From the NCBI RefSeq assembly GCF_000014265.1, contig NC_008312.1:1590001-1622000 (forward strand): 32,000 nucleotides of DNA, read 5' to 3'. Numbering within the stretch: position 1 is the first letter of the stretch; each line of letters starts with the position of its first letter. The notes under the pieces were generated by a model. It ran no database searches. It had not been told where the DNA came from and was given only the letters and a program-made list of their open reading frames with translations. Position numbers and translations under genes: made by a program. The DNA is from Trichodesmium erythraeum IMS101. GTDB lineage: Bacteria; Cyanobacteriota; Cyanobacteriia; Cyanobacteriales; Microcoleaceae. Of this stretch, positions 1-11,166 are shown one piece after another.

Positions 1-1381
1 TTTTTTTAATTGCATTTGCCATTTTTTCGACAGCGATCGCTAAGTATCCACTTGCTACTTCTTCCGGTTTTCTACTATCACCTATTTTTGCTGTTAATTG
101 AGCAAACTTTTCTTGAACAATCTCTAAATTCAAGGGTAAATTTCTATCTTTACCAAAGACCTTAGGAAAAAATTCTGGCTGTATTTTTCCCACCATTAAA
201 TTACAATCTGTCACTGTTAAAGGTCCGCCTTTTCCATAAGCAGCCGGCCCAGGATTTGCTCCTGCAGATTCAGGTCCAACACGATAACGGGCACCATCAA
301 AAAATAAAATTGAACCTCCACCAGCAGCAACAGTATGTATCGACATCATAGGAGTTCGTAGACGTATTCCAGCAATTTCTGTTTCAAATTCTCGTTCATA
401 TTCTATTATTTGATTTGCAGCTCCAGCATAATGAGCAACATCAGTAGATGTGCCACCCATATCAAAGCTAATTATTTGATAAAAACCTGCATTTTTACTT
501 GTTTGAACTGCTCCAACAATTCCACCAGCAGGACCAGATAATAGACTATCTTTGCCTTGAAATTTATGAGCATCTGTTAAACCCCCATTTGACTGCATAA
601 ACATTAATTTAACTAAGTTAATATCTGGGGAATTGCTACTATTTAAAACATCCTTTCCCTGTTTCTTATTACCTCCTGATTTTTCTAGTAAAAAATCACG
701 AACTTGATTAACATATCGTCGTAAAATTGGTGATAAATAAGCATCAACTACAGTAGTATCTCCCCGACTAACTAATTTCATTAAAGGACTAACTTCATGG
801 GAAACAGATACTTGAGTAAATCCAATTTTTTCAGCAATTTCTTGAATTTTTTGTTCGTGTTTTGGGTAGCGATAACCATGGATCAATACAATAGCACAAC
901 TTCTAATTCCTTCATTATATGCTGTTTGAAGTTGAGAAATTAACTCTGTTGTTTGAAGTGGAATTATTTCTTCGCCTTTAGCTGTATAACGTGACTCAAC
1001 TTCGATGACTTTTTCATAGAGCATTTCTGGCAAAATAATTTGTCGAGCAAAAATATTAGGGCGGTTTTGATAACCAATTCTTAGTGCATCTTTAAAACCT
1101 TTATTAATGACTAAAACTGTGCGATCGCCTTTTCTTTCTAATAAAGCATTTGTAGCAACAGTTGTACCCATTTTAATTACTTCTATTTCTTTTAAAGGTA
1201 TAGGTTGATTCTGAGAAATTTTTAATATTTCTCTAATTCCTTGAACTGGTGCATCAGGGTAGTGTTCTGGATTTTCTGATAGTAGTTTATGAATAATAAT
1301 TTTACCCTCGGGAGATTTAGCAACTATGTCTGTGAATGTACCCCCACGATCAATCCAAAATTTCCAACGGTTATTAGTCAT
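1..1381 (-). CDS. Hydantoinase/5-oxoprolinase family protein, N-terminal part (partial; continues past the window edge)
   Basis: Not in the ORF track because it is open at the window edge. Manual minus-strand translation from the ATG at 1381-1379 gives MTNNRWKFWIDRGGTFTDIVAKSPEGKII...MGTTVATNALLERKGDR...FDMGGTSTDV...AAGGGSILFFDG with no stops down to base 1. These are HyuA/oxoprolinase-type motifs. Confidence 0.75.
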   Translation of the reverse strand, partial: MTNNRWKFWIDRGGTFTDIVAKSPEGKIIIHKLLSENPEHYPDAPVQGIREILKISQNQPIPLKEIEVIKMGTTVATNALLERKGDRTVLVINKGFKDALRIGYQNRPNIFARQIILPEMLYEKVIEVESRYTAKGEEIIPLQTTELISQLQTAYNEGIRSCAIVLIHGYRYPKHEQKIQEIAEKIGFTQVSVSHEVSPLMKLVSRGDTTVVDAYLSPILRRYVNQVRDFLLEKSGGNKKQGKDVLNSSNSPDINLVKLMFMQSNGGLTDAHKFQGKDSLLSGPAGGIVGAVQTSKNAGFYQIISFDMGGTSTDVAHYAGAANQIIEYEREFETEIAGIRLRTPMMSIHTVAAGGGSILFFDGARYRVGPESAGANPGPAAYGKGGPLTVTDCNLMVGKIQPEFFPKVFGKDRNLPLNLEIVQEKFAQLTAKIGDSRKPEEVASGYLAIAVEKMANAIKK

Positions 1382-1705
1382 CAATATCTTAGTTATATTC
1401 ATATTTATTTTATGTATAATAATTATATCTTTTTTAGTCAAAATTTGTAAAATTTATAGCTGTGCTACCTAATACTTAAAATAAACTACAAATCTATAAA
1501 AACTAGTATCCAATAAGGATATAGCTGACACACTTTTTTCGCCAATATGATTTGATAGAAAAAAATACTGAAAAAGTGATGGCAGGTAAAGTGCTAAAAA
1601 ATGGGGTTTAGGCTATATTAAATCTCTAAAAATTGTGTATAGAACAACATGTTTATTACAATAATTGGGGAGATTTTGCCTTTTCTTTACAATTACTTAG
1701 AATGA

Positions 1706-3103
1706 TTAATTTAATAGAAATCTCAGGATAAATACTAAAGCTAAAATCCACATAACACTTGTAGTTTCCTGTGGTTTACCTTGAAAAGTTTTTAGTAAAG
1801 GGAAAGTAATTAGACCAAAAGCTAATCCTTCAGCAATAGAATAACTTAAGGGCATCATAATAATCGTTAAAAAAGAGGGAATAGACTCTCCAGGATCATC
1901 CCAAAGAATATTCTTGACAGCACTCATCATTAAGATACTAACAATCAGTAAAGCAGGTGCAGTAGCAAAAGTAGGAATAGCAGATAATAGAGGAATAAAA
2001 AAGATAGCAACAACAAATAAAAGTGCTGTAACTACTGCAGTAAATCCGCTACGCCCTCCTTCAGAAATCCCTGATGCGGATTCAATATAAGTAGTAACAG
2101 TGGAAGTTCCCATAATTGCTCCAGCAGTTGTACCAATAGCATCTGCCATTAAAGCCCTATTTACTCCAGGAAATTTCCCTTTCTTGTTAATATATCTTGC
2201 CTTGGTACCTAGTCCAGTAAGTGTACCTACAGTATCAAATAGATCTACAAAAAGAAAAACTAATACAATACGAAAGATTTCCCAAATATTAATCTGCCAT
2301 ATTTGGGTTAAACCGACAAAAGCTTGACCAAACAAATCTGTGGGCAATTGTGGTATACTCATAATACCTTTAGGTGGGGGAGTTAACCCAAAAATCCATC
2401 CTAATAATGAGGTGGCAATAATGCCCCAGAATAAAGCACCTTTGATCTCTCGAACGACAAGGGCAAAAGCAATTAAAATTCCTGTGATCGCCACTAAAGT
2501 TGTTGGTTGAGTTAAATCTCCTAAAGTGGTTGTGGTTGTCTCAGATGGAGCAATTAAACCTGCGTTCTTAAGAGCAATATAGGCAATAAATAAACCAATT
2601 CCTGCGGAGGTAGCGTGTTTAATACAGTCGGGAATAGCAGTAATAATTTTATTGCGAACGTTAGTAACAGTTAACCCAATAAAGATTAATCCCTCAAGCA
2701 AAATTGCAGCTAAGGCAACTCGCCAATCAATCCCTAATTCCAAAACTACAGAAAAAGCAAAATAGGCATTTAGTCCCATACCAGGAGCTAGAGCAAAAGG
2801 ATATTTAGCATAAACTCCCATAATCAAGGTTGCTATCACAGCCGAAATTGCTGTAGCAATTACCAATTCTCCAAATAAATCTCCAGGCTTTTCTAGAAAA
2901 ATGGCATTAGATAAAATGCTAGGATTGACCACTAAAATATATGACATTGTCATAAAGCTAGTAATTCCAGCTATAATTTCGGTACGAAAATTAGTCTGAA
3001 GTTGTCTAAATCGAAAAAATCTAGCTATAGGATTTTTGTCTAATGCAGAGTTTGATTCATTTGTAGAAATAACTTTCTTTGATTTATCTATTTCTTTAGT
3101 CAT
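1706..3103 (-). CDS. NCS2/AzgA-like purine (adenine/guanine/hypoxanthine) permease
   Basis: 465-aa ORF, multi-pass hydrophobic. Motifs FRTEIIAGITSFMTMSYILVVNP and APGMGLNAYFAF are typical of the AzgA/PbuG branch of xanthine/uracil permeases. Confidence 0.85.
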   Translation of the reverse strand: MTKEIDKSKKVISTNESNSALDKNPIARFFRFRQLQTNFRTEIIAGITSFMTMSYILVVNPSILSNAIFLEKPGDLFGELVIATAISAVIATLIMGVYAKYPFALAPGMGLNAYFAFSVVLELGIDWRVALAAILLEGLIFIGLTVTNVRNKIITAIPDCIKHATSAGIGLFIAYIALKNAGLIAPSETTTTTLGDLTQPTTLVAITGILIAFALVVREIKGALFWGIIATSLLGWIFGLTPPPKGIMSIPQLPTDLFGQAFVGLTQIWQINIWEIFRIVLVFLFVDLFDTVGTLTGLGTKARYINKKGKFPGVNRALMADAIGTTAGAIMGTSTVTTYIESASGISEGGRSGFTAVVTALLFVVAIFFIPLLSAIPTFATAPALLIVSILMMSAVKNILWDDPGESIPSFLTIIMMPLSYSIAEGLAFGLITFPLLKTFQGKPQETTSVMWILALVFILRFLLN

Positions 3104-4182
3104 TTTAATCAGCTAATTACTAATAATTTAAGGTCTCTGTCACAATTGAATTTGGGTAACACTAACAAGAGTTGCTCTGTTTAAGCTGAAGAGGAGGTAA
3201 ACAATAGCTTGGGAATGTGCTTTAATGATAGTTTGGGAAATCCAATTGATTTACTATAACCAGACAGTGCAAAGTTTTTGGAAGAACTATTGCTCAGTTA
3301 GCCTTACAGTACTTCCCTTAGAATTAAACTCATACTTTGATAGCTATAGCTGCTGTATAGACTCTCACAATAATACTTTTATTCTTAAGCACCAAATAGT
3401 TTTTTAGGAAAATTTTGTAGTCTTCAGTTAAGGTTGTCTTGAATAAAATAATTAAGCGTTCGCGGAGCGTGGCGGAGTAACTGGTCTGCATAAAGCAAAA
3501 CGTGAAGATCCCCGAAATTTTCATGCTCTATACTATAGCAGATTTTGGGCAAATGATGTACGGCTGTATTTGTTAAAAATAATGTATTCGGGCATCTTAT
3601 CCCCGTAACTAAACCTTATACAGAAAGAAATAGCTGTATGTATAATGTCTTTTTGTATGTCCTGATCATATTGCTTCAAATAATACTTTTGTCAATCTGA
3701 TCACCTCAGATAATCTTGTGCCCTCAACCACTCAATTGTTTTCTCTTTTTCTTCGGCTTTAAACTCACCAAATCTTCCAAAATAGCTGAAGCCTTAAATT
3801 TTATGTGTCATAAACCATTGTCAAAAGTGCTGCTTTCCCATTCACTCATCAAACTATGATAAATATTTAACAATTATTTGACTTTATGCAAGGATTTTCA
3901 TACAAAATTATTTTTACTGCCAAGGGTCTTTTAATTTATTTGGACTATACATATTTGATTGATAAAATTATCCAGTTCATCTAGAGTATTCCCTTTTTAT
4001 CTTTTTCATACGATATGTTATTATTAATATTATATCTGTTGCAACCAATATGGGATTGCTATAGTTTTGTTTTTGGCAGTAAAAGGAAACTAATATATAA
4101 ATATCACTATGTTTACAGAACTATCTATGAGTTTATTTTTTTATTATCCTTATTACTGATGAGTAAATACTTATATTTTTTG

Positions 4183-4482
4183 TTATCTACTAGCATTAAT
4201 TTGTAAAGCAGTTATTCTCTCAGAATTAGCGAATACTCCTTCTCCTTCCATTTGACTTATAGGTGGTTTAATCTCTATTTTCATAATTTTCTCAGTATAA
4301 ATACAAACTGTTTGATCCATTAAATGAAAGGTAATCCAAGGTTGTTTAAGTAAGTCTTGTAATTGTGTTTGAAATTGTTCTACATTAGCTGGGAAACTAA
4401 AGGTTTCTGTATTACCATCTATATAATAAAATTTTATTTGGATACTACTTTCTTGAGTATATTCAGCAAATGAACCTTTCAT
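4183..4482 (-). CDS. Hypothetical protein (99 aa)
   Basis: Clean ORF with non-low-complexity composition in an otherwise ORF-free AT-rich spacer. I recognise no family. Confidence 0.45.
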   Translation of the reverse strand: MKGSFAEYTQESSIQIKFYYIDGNTETFSFPANVEQFQTQLQDLLKQPWITFHLMDQTVCIYTEKIMKIEIKPPISQMEGEGVFANSERITALQINASR

Positions 4483-4647
4483 TATATTTACTCCTAATCA
4501 TTTGAAAATGGTATAATAAGCAGTAATAAATTAATCAAATATAGTATAAACTTTTGATATAGAAAAAAAACTTAAAATTTTTTAAGAAAACCAGACAACC
4601 TGAATAATAGTTACCACTTAGTCAATAAAATTTATACTAACCTATCC

Positions 4648-5790
4648 TTGGTCGTTATGATTAAATCTACTCATATCTCCCAGACAGCTACAACCTTACT
4701 ATCTCTAAACATAGCCCCTACTCAAATTATTCGAGGTAAAAATGCTCTGGCCCAATCAGGAGAGGCGATCGCTCGTATTGGCCATCATCCCCTAATCGTT
4801 GGGAGTCCTCGCTCTTTGAACATCATCCTGCCCCACCTCCAACCCTTATTACAAATCCATAATTTAAAATTCACCCAAGCTAACTATGGTTCAGACTGTA
4901 GTGAAACTAGTTTAGCCAATCTTTCTCAAGCTGTAGCCACACAAAAACCAGACCTAATAATTGGTATTGGTGGTGGTAAAGCTCTTGACACAGCAAAACT
5001 CCTAGCTTATAAATGTCATTTGCCCATAATTACCATTCCCACCTCAGCAGCTACTTGCGCAGCTTGGACAGCATTATCAAATATCTACTCAGACCAAGGG
5101 GCCTTCTTATACGATATAAGTTTAGCTAAATGTCCAGAATTGCTAATTCTAGATTATGGAATTATTAAAACTGGCCCTTCACGGACTTTAGTGGCTGGTA
5201 TTGGAGATGCGATCGCCAAATGGTATGAAGCTTCAGTCTCTAGTGGCCATTCAGAGTCAACAATGATTATTTCTGCTGTCCAACAAGCCAGAGTACTAAG
5301 GGATATCCTTTTTCAAAAATCAACTTTTGCCCTAGAACAACCAGGAGGAGAAACCTGGCAAGAGGTTGTAGATGCAACAGTATTATTAGCAGGTTTAATT
5401 GGAAGTATTGGTGGTGCACAATGTCGGACTGTGGCAGCCCATGCTATTCATAATGGCCTCACTCATTTATCTGCTAGCCATGAAAAATTACATGGAGAAA
5501 AAGTCGCTTATGGTATATTGGTTCAGCTAAGGTTAGAAGAAATGCTACAAAGCAATCAACTAGCTGCAACTGCTAGACAACAACTGTTAAAATTCTATAA
5601 TCAGATTGGTTTACCAAAAAGCTTAAATGACTTAGGCTTAAAAGAAATTACTTTATCTGAATTACGCCATGTTGCTGAAGTTGCTTGTCATCCAAATTCT
5701 GACATTCATCGGTTACCATTTAGAATAATTCCAGAGCAATTAGTAGCAGCAATGGTTTCTACAACAGTCCCATTAGAGCTAGAGAAATAA
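4648..5790 (+). CDS. Iron-containing alcohol dehydrogenase / glycerol dehydrogenase-like oxidoreductase
   Basis: GIGGGKALDTAKLLA nucleotide-binding motif, plus HAIHNGLTHL and HGEKVAYG metal-ligand histidines of the GldA/Fe-ADH fold. The ORF track starts at TTG 4648; ATG 4657 is an alternative start. Confidence 0.8.
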   Translation: MVVMIKSTHISQTATTLLSLNIAPTQIIRGKNALAQSGEAIARIGHHPLIVGSPRSLNIILPHLQPLLQIHNLKFTQANYGSDCSETSLANLSQAVATQKPDLIIGIGGGKALDTAKLLAYKCHLPIITIPTSAATCAAWTALSNIYSDQGAFLYDISLAKCPELLILDYGIIKTGPSRTLVAGIGDAIAKWYEASVSSGHSESTMIISAVQQARVLRDILFQKSTFALEQPGGETWQEVVDATVLLAGLIGSIGGAQCRTVAAHAIHNGLTHLSASHEKLHGEKVAYGILVQLRLEEMLQSNQLAATARQQLLKFYNQIGLPKSLNDLGLKEITLSELRHVAEVACHPNSDIHRLPFRIIPEQLVAAMVSTTVPLELEK

Positions 5791-6126
5791 AATTTCAGAA
5801 CTAACTCATATATTGTTGATATTACTACAACCTCTCAAATGTAGAATGTAGAAATTTTTTATAGTTTTTTCTTATTCTAGATGTTTAAAACTTCTAATAT
5901 ATTGATGTTAATCAATTGATTAATAATGAATATAGAAATTCACCTATTGGTTTTGAAAATCTTTATAACATCGTAAATTAGTAAATAGATTTATCCGATA
6001 TTTATAGTATCTTTAATAGGTTGAAATATTCTTATAAAAACTTACCGAACAATTGGGTCTTTTGCCTCCCCCTTCTTGGGAAAATTTTTAGTTCGTTTTA
6101 AATAAATCAATAAATATGTTATCACT

Positions 6127-7305
6127 ATGTATTCGATTAACCCAGCAAAAAGGGTACAAGCACTACCACCTTATGTTTTTGCCCGTTTAGATGAGTTGAA
6201 AGCTCGTGCCCGTGAACAAGGACTAGATTTAATTGATTTGGGAATGGGGAACCCGGATGGGGCTACCCCTAAACCAGTTGTAGAGGCTGCCATTGCTGCT
6301 TTACAAGATTCTACCAATCACGGTTATCCACCTTTTGAAGGTACTGCTAGTTTCCGCAAAGCAATTACTGATTGGTATTTTCGTCGTTATAGTGTAAAAC
6401 TTGACCCTGATGGAGAAGCTTTGCCACTTTTGGGTTCTAAAGAAGGCTTAACTCATTTAGCTTTGGCATATATAAATCCAGGAAATTTAGTTTTGGCACC
6501 TAATCCTGCCTATCCCGCCCATTTTCGTGGTCCTTTAATTGCTGGTGGTAAGGTTCATAGCATTCTACTGAAACCAGAAAATGATTGGATTATCGATCTG
6601 GCAGATATTCCCGATAGTGTTGCAGAGCAGGCAAAAGTTTTCTACTTTAATTATCCTAGTAATCCTACTGGTGCTACAGCTCCACGAGAATTTTTTCAAG
6701 ATATTGTTACTTTTGCGAAAAAGTATGAAATTTTGCTAGTTCACGATTTATGTTATGCTGAGTTGGCTTTTGATGGTTATCAGCCTACCAGTTTATTACA
6801 GATTCCTGGAGGAAAAGATATTGGTGTAGAATTCCACACTATGTCAAAAACTTATAATATGGCTGGTTGGCGAATAGGTTTTGTAGTCGGTAACTCTAAC
6901 GTTATTCAAGGGTTACGTACTTTGAAAACTAATATGGATTATGGTGTTTTTAGTGCTTTACAACTAGCAGCTAAAACTGCTTTGCAGTTACCGGATGAAT
7001 ATTTATCTCAGGTTCAAGAACGTTATCGCCAACGTCGAGATTTTCTGATTCAAGGTTTAGGCAAATTAGGTTGGAATGTACAAAAAACTATGGCAACTAT
7101 GTATTTATGGGTTCCTTGCCCACCAGGTATAGGTTCTACTGATTTTGCTTTGTCTGTCTTACAAAAAACTGGGGTCGTGGTCACTCCTGGAAATGCTTTT
7201 GGTAGTGGTGGTGAGGGTTATGTGAGGATTAGTTTAATTGCTGAGTGTAAACGTTTAGATGAAGCATTAAATCGGTTTAAGAAAGCAGGTATTTATTATC
7301 AATAA
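6127..7305 (+). CDS. PLP-dependent class I/II aminotransferase (aspartate/alanine/LL-DAP-like)
   Basis: 392-aa ORF. N-terminal ALPPYVFARLDELK, NYPSNPTG and the PLP-lysine context SKTYNMAGWRIG are typical of this fold. Confidence 0.85.
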   Translation: MYSINPAKRVQALPPYVFARLDELKARAREQGLDLIDLGMGNPDGATPKPVVEAAIAALQDSTNHGYPPFEGTASFRKAITDWYFRRYSVKLDPDGEALPLLGSKEGLTHLALAYINPGNLVLAPNPAYPAHFRGPLIAGGKVHSILLKPENDWIIDLADIPDSVAEQAKVFYFNYPSNPTGATAPREFFQDIVTFAKKYEILLVHDLCYAELAFDGYQPTSLLQIPGGKDIGVEFHTMSKTYNMAGWRIGFVVGNSNVIQGLRTLKTNMDYGVFSALQLAAKTALQLPDEYLSQVQERYRQRRDFLIQGLGKLGWNVQKTMATMYLWVPCPPGIGSTDFALSVLQKTGVVVTPGNAFGSGGEGYVRISLIAECKRLDEALNRFKKAGIYYQ

Positions 7306-7721
7306 ACATCGTGAGAAATCATGTAGAGATATTCCGTGAAACCTCCCTAGCAGAGTTTTACTAGCTATTAGATTTTGCTAGATGAATGCTTGATTCCTCC
7401 CGGACTGTTACGCGCGGGGGGCTATTAGCAGCCGAAACTCTGATACAGGTTGACTTTTTTCACTTAGCACGTCCTCCGTGATCCAAAAGCCAGGTGCTTT
7501 TTATGTCCCGCAGCAAAACCTAATACTAGTCTTATATTTGCCTGGTGCATCCGTTTTTTTGTCTCGGACTGCCCCCACAATTAAACAAAAGTATGGAACG
7601 AGTTGGAAAAACTTTACTGCCAAAGTCAAGACCCAATAGAAGGAAGTAGATTATAAATCCTCTGGTTAGTAGCTTTATGCCACAAAGTAGGACCAGTGGC
7701 TGAGATGACTTAATTATCAGC

Positions 7722-7895
7722 ATGGTTAAATTTTCAGAAATTTTAGGGCGCTATAACCAATTGCAATTGGGTTTTGATGAATTAAAAGATCGTCGCCATC
7801 AACATCAGGGGCGCGAGACTAAACTCTCAGAAATAGACCAACCTGAGCACATGGCAAGCACTATAAGAGCTACCCGTAGATGGAAGTTTATATAA
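7722..7895 (+). pseudogene. ISAs1-family (H-repeat-like) transposase N-terminal fragment
   Basis: A 57-codon ORF reads MVKFSEILGRYNQLQLGFDELKDRRHQHQGRETKLSEI... It resembles the DDE_Tnp_1-associated N-terminus (F..L.DxR....H.LS[DE]I) of ISAs1 transposases. No catalytic part follows. Confidence 0.35.
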
Positions 7896-7999
7896 TGAAC
7901 CCAAAAAAAGTTGGTGTAGAAGGGCGAGGCTTTAAACTAAATTTTTGGGTAAGTTTTTGTATTAACATTCTGTGTATGCTATTACTTTTATTGTTCTGA

Positions 8000-8430
8000 T
8001 TAATTACTTACTGTGTCATCAAAAATTAGATATGCTGTTGTATATGGGACAATTTATCCTTTAACATTTCGCCATAAATTTTGTTTTTAAAGACTCATAT
8101 CTTAAATCAGGATTGATTTTATCATGGCTGGTATTTTCGATTTGGGTTTGCTAAGGAGCGTGTTCCTATAATTCCTGTAAGATTTAAGTAAATATTAATG
8201 AGTTACAGCATAATTAAAATTCATATTTTGGCCAGTAATATAATTATGTCATTTCCATCCAAGCCAGACCCTTGAGAAGGAGTTAAAAAAATGGAATTAC
8301 CCAGAGCAACTACTAGCCCATGTCTTTTGGTGATCAATTACAGCTAATATTTTCCTGTTCCGTACTACTGTTTTTCGCTCCTGCACTTATGTTAATGACC
8401 ACGGCCAATAGTAACATCTGTAATAGATAT
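8000..8430 (-). pseudogene. IS5-family transposase remnant, C-terminal half (separated from its N-terminal part by the IS at 8431-9814)
   Basis: The minus-strand frame gives ...TKRHGLVVALGNSIFLTPSQGSGLDGNDIIILLAKI*, matching the IS5/IS1031-type motif TKIH..VDALGNP..F.LT.GQ..D. Multiple stops lie on both sides, and the lower boundary is approximate. Confidence 0.45.
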
Positions 8431-9814
8431 TTAGCGGGACTTTAGCAAATTTCAAGCCCAAACAAACCCTAAACTCTCTTTATGAGCGGTAAATACGTCG
8501 ATGTTTTCATCTAACCACTCAACAAAACGATAAGATATTGCGGTACGAAATGCTTCTAAAGTATCAGTAAACGTATTTAATGGTTTGTTAGCCCAACGCC
8601 TTCTTATACCTCCTGTTAACTGATGCCAGATAATAAATGTATAAGCACAAAATACTAAAATAAAATGCCTTTTAAGGCTGATTTTATCTCTGACTTGATA
8701 TTCTCTTAATCCTAACCATCCTTTGGCTTCCCTGTAGAAAACTTCCACCCAATTTCTTTGAGAATAAGTAGAATATATCCACTCAGGAGTTACATATTTG
8801 TCTTCTCTATTAGTGATATAATAGTTAATATCAGTGGCCTCAGAAAAACTTTTAGCATTCATAACGATAGCTATAGTTTTTTGACCTGACATCCTAGATA
8901 TTTCTACTTCTAATGTAGCTACCCAAACTTCTCTAGCATTTTTTGTACTTAGTTGAACTAAGTTGAAAGCTTTCTGAGGTATACTTTCTGCCAGCTTGTC
9001 TAATCTAATTTCCTCTTTAATGTCATCTTGTTTTTTAATGATGACTTTTCGATTTTTAGCTAATCCTCCTATATAAGTTAAACTTCTTTTCTCTAGTTGA
9101 TTTAAGAATGATGTATTGTTACCATAGCCAAATTTCAATTAACACAATTTCTGGTTGGTGTCCTCTGGACAAACATTGATCTACTAGAGACATTGCACTC
9201 GTCTGGTTTCTTGACAAATTCTGGGTCTTTTTTTCCTTTTGGAAAAGAATCAGCTTTCTGATACAAAGCTATGTCTAAAGGTAGACTTTTAACTCCATCA
9301 TAAAGATGAGTTGTCACCACGACTACACCATTATCTGTTTTTCCTATTTCTCCTATATATTGCCGCCCTACTCCTGCAGTAAAATTACCACTTTTTCTGT
9401 GGCCTGAATCGTCTATAATTAAAGCAATAGGATCGAGAAGGTTTTGTTTGGCGACGTTCCCACATTACTTGAAGACGACGCTCATTCACAGCATCTACAG
9501 ACCAATTTGCTCGAACTAGAAAATGCCGTAATTTGTGGTACGTGTGACCTACAGTGTTGTTGGCAATTTGAGACAAGTTTTTTCGATCGCTTTCTCAAGA
9601 GTAATCCTCCTATATATTCCCTAAACCCTGTTTTTTGGGCTTTTGTTTTAAAGACATTGTTAAAGCGATCGCACCATCGATGGAAACAAGAGGGCATGGC
9701 CACTGAAGTTGTTTCTTTCATCAAACTTTTCCCAGGCCAGTAATTAACGTAAAATACATATCAGGTATACATTATACCCTTTTTTTTACTATTTTTTCAC
9801 TAAAGTCCCGTTAG
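8431..9814 (-). mobile_element. IS4/IS701-like insertion sequence (about 1.38 kb) with a degenerate transposase
   Basis: Imperfect terminal inverted repeats share the core CGGGACTTTAG (8435-8445, and its reverse complement at 9800-9810). The interior encodes an IS701-type DDE transposase in three shifted frames. Confidence 0.65.
8452..9724 (-). pseudogene. IS701-like DDE transposase, frameshifted
   Basis: ORFs 9482-9724, 9385-9576, 9135-9320 and 8452-9138 are collinear pieces of one transposase. They carry the N-terminal W.DRF..VF...Q...F..YI.GLL motif and the C-terminal YSQRNWVEVFYREAKGWLGLREYQVR motif, split by at least 2 frameshifts. Confidence 0.65.
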
Positions 9815-9825
9815 GATTCTGTATC

Positions 9826-10008
9826 TTCAGCTAAAGCTTGAAGTAGTCTTTCCTTCTTGGAATTCCTGCTCTATAGCTATATAGAAGAGCCTCCACAAAG
9901 AGTTGGTCGTCTCTTTCTGTCCATCAATCAATTCCTTCACACCTTGATAGTAAATTTTTAACTACTTCCCATTGGCGGTCCCACAAACCATAATGTTCTA
10001 CTACTTAA
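9826..10008 (-). pseudogene. IS5-family transposase remnant, N-terminal DUF4096-like part
   Basis: The minus-strand frame gives LWDRQWEVVKNLLSRCEGID*WTERDDQLFVEALLYSYRAGIPRRKDY. This matches the LSD.QWE.I.PLL...GRP..DDR..L.AILY.LRTG.PWRDLP pattern and contains an internal stop. It directly abuts the right end of the IS701-like element. Confidence 0.5.
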
Positions 10009-10974
10009 CGCAGTCTTTTTTTGTTGTTTCTGTAGTTATAGTAGTGAGCTCTCGCATCTTTAAAGTCTGAAACCTCTAAAGATAGTCCAAATCCTCTAAA
10101 GTAAGTCTTTATTAACAAAAAATTATAAGTAGACCAACACATTTGGCTATATCATTTTTTATTATCATACTATACTCATAATGTCAATCTCTTCTTTAAT
10201 TGATAATATACCCTAGTGTCAATGGGAGTATTTTTGTATATATTCTGAATGGGAGATTGTTTTTGCTGGATAGATGGAAGGTAGGTCACAAATTTAGTAA
10301 TTAAATTTTCAAGGGATGACGAGGAGTCCCAGTGGCGATCGCTTAGATAGTCGGAACAACTAAGTTGGAAATATCGAATTGTAATTGGTTTTAATTAGCT
10401 TTTATTTGCTGCTTTAGCTTGTTACATACTTGAACTCATACTTTTAAAATTTTGAATTATTTATATATAAGGGTTTATAAACTAAATCTTAAGGAGAATA
10501 ATCATCTGATCATTCCCACACTTTCTTGATGGACTACCAGGTTTTGTTTATAAATGGTCTTTTGAAGCTAAACTGCTGAACCTTCTAAATAGTAGTATTT
10601 ATGGTCTATCAAAACTGATATGATCTCTAAGGTATTAATTTTTTTTACAATAAATAAAATAATCAAGCTACTTTTTATTTATTGTAAAAAGTAGCTTGGT
10701 TAAAATCACAAATACTGTGATAGATTTATTAGCCTATTGTTTGTTCTAGAGAAAGTCAGTCGTTAGAGGTAATGGTACAAATTCAACCCTATCTTGCAAC
10801 TGTGGAATCATTAAAAATCTATAATTTATCTCTACTTTGGCTATTGTGGTTATATGGTAGAAAAATTACCTCTCAATATTAGATAGTGGAATACATGAGT
10901 GTGATAGTCACTATACATAATTAGGGTATAAATGCAAGTATAAATTTTTGGCAGCTTAAGGATAAGTGTCATTG

Positions 10975-11100
10975 TGTGAAGCTAGCATAGGAGCTGAAGA
11001 GAGTAAATTCCCAAAAGTGGGTGCTATAAGGCAGAAAGCCCCTAACAGCGATGCTAGGAAATTTCGCCATGTCTCGTAAGAGTAGCATCAAGAGGATTTT
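10975..11100 (+). promoter_or_regulatory. Candidate cobalamin-type riboswitch / structured leader upstream of hupE
   Basis: CTAGCAT (10982-10988) can pair with ATGCTAG (11051-11057). ATGCTA can alternatively pair with TAGCAT (11084-11089). The enclosed GAGUAAAUUCC and GCCCCUAACAGCG loosely resemble the GGUGAAAUUCC and GCCCCCGCAACUGU cores, and AGCAUCAAGAGGA loosely resembles a B12 box. The match is weak and was not folded computationally. Confidence 0.3.
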
Positions 11101-11166
11101 ATTGAAGCTATAATACCCAGCAAAATCAAAACAAAATTATTAAGACAATAAATCTACGAGGTTAGG

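Noticed and set aside
3225-4206. Small ORFs 3225-3407, 3330-3524 and 4015-4206 in the AT-rich spacer.
   Set aside because: They overlap each other, are rich in low-complexity Ile/Leu/Tyr/Phe, and have no SD or recognisable motif. They are probably non-coding.
7380-7530. Locally GC-rich patch (..CTCCCGGACTGTTACGCGCGGGGGGCTATTAGCAGCCGAAAC..), checked as a possible tRNA, tmRNA or group II intron domain V/VI fragment.
   Set aside because: I could not build a cloverleaf, found no T-loop GTTCGA-type motif and no domain-V-like 34-nt hairpin. It may be an IS or intron relic, but I cannot support any call.
10644-10698. Two overlapping, mutually exclusive hairpins: 10644-10659 pairs with 10673-10688, and 10664-10676 pairs with 10686-10698.
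   Set aside because: The pairing is perfect, but the sequence is almost pure A/T, no gene ends nearby on either strand, and the plus strand has no clear U-tract context. This is insufficient to call a terminator or attenuator.
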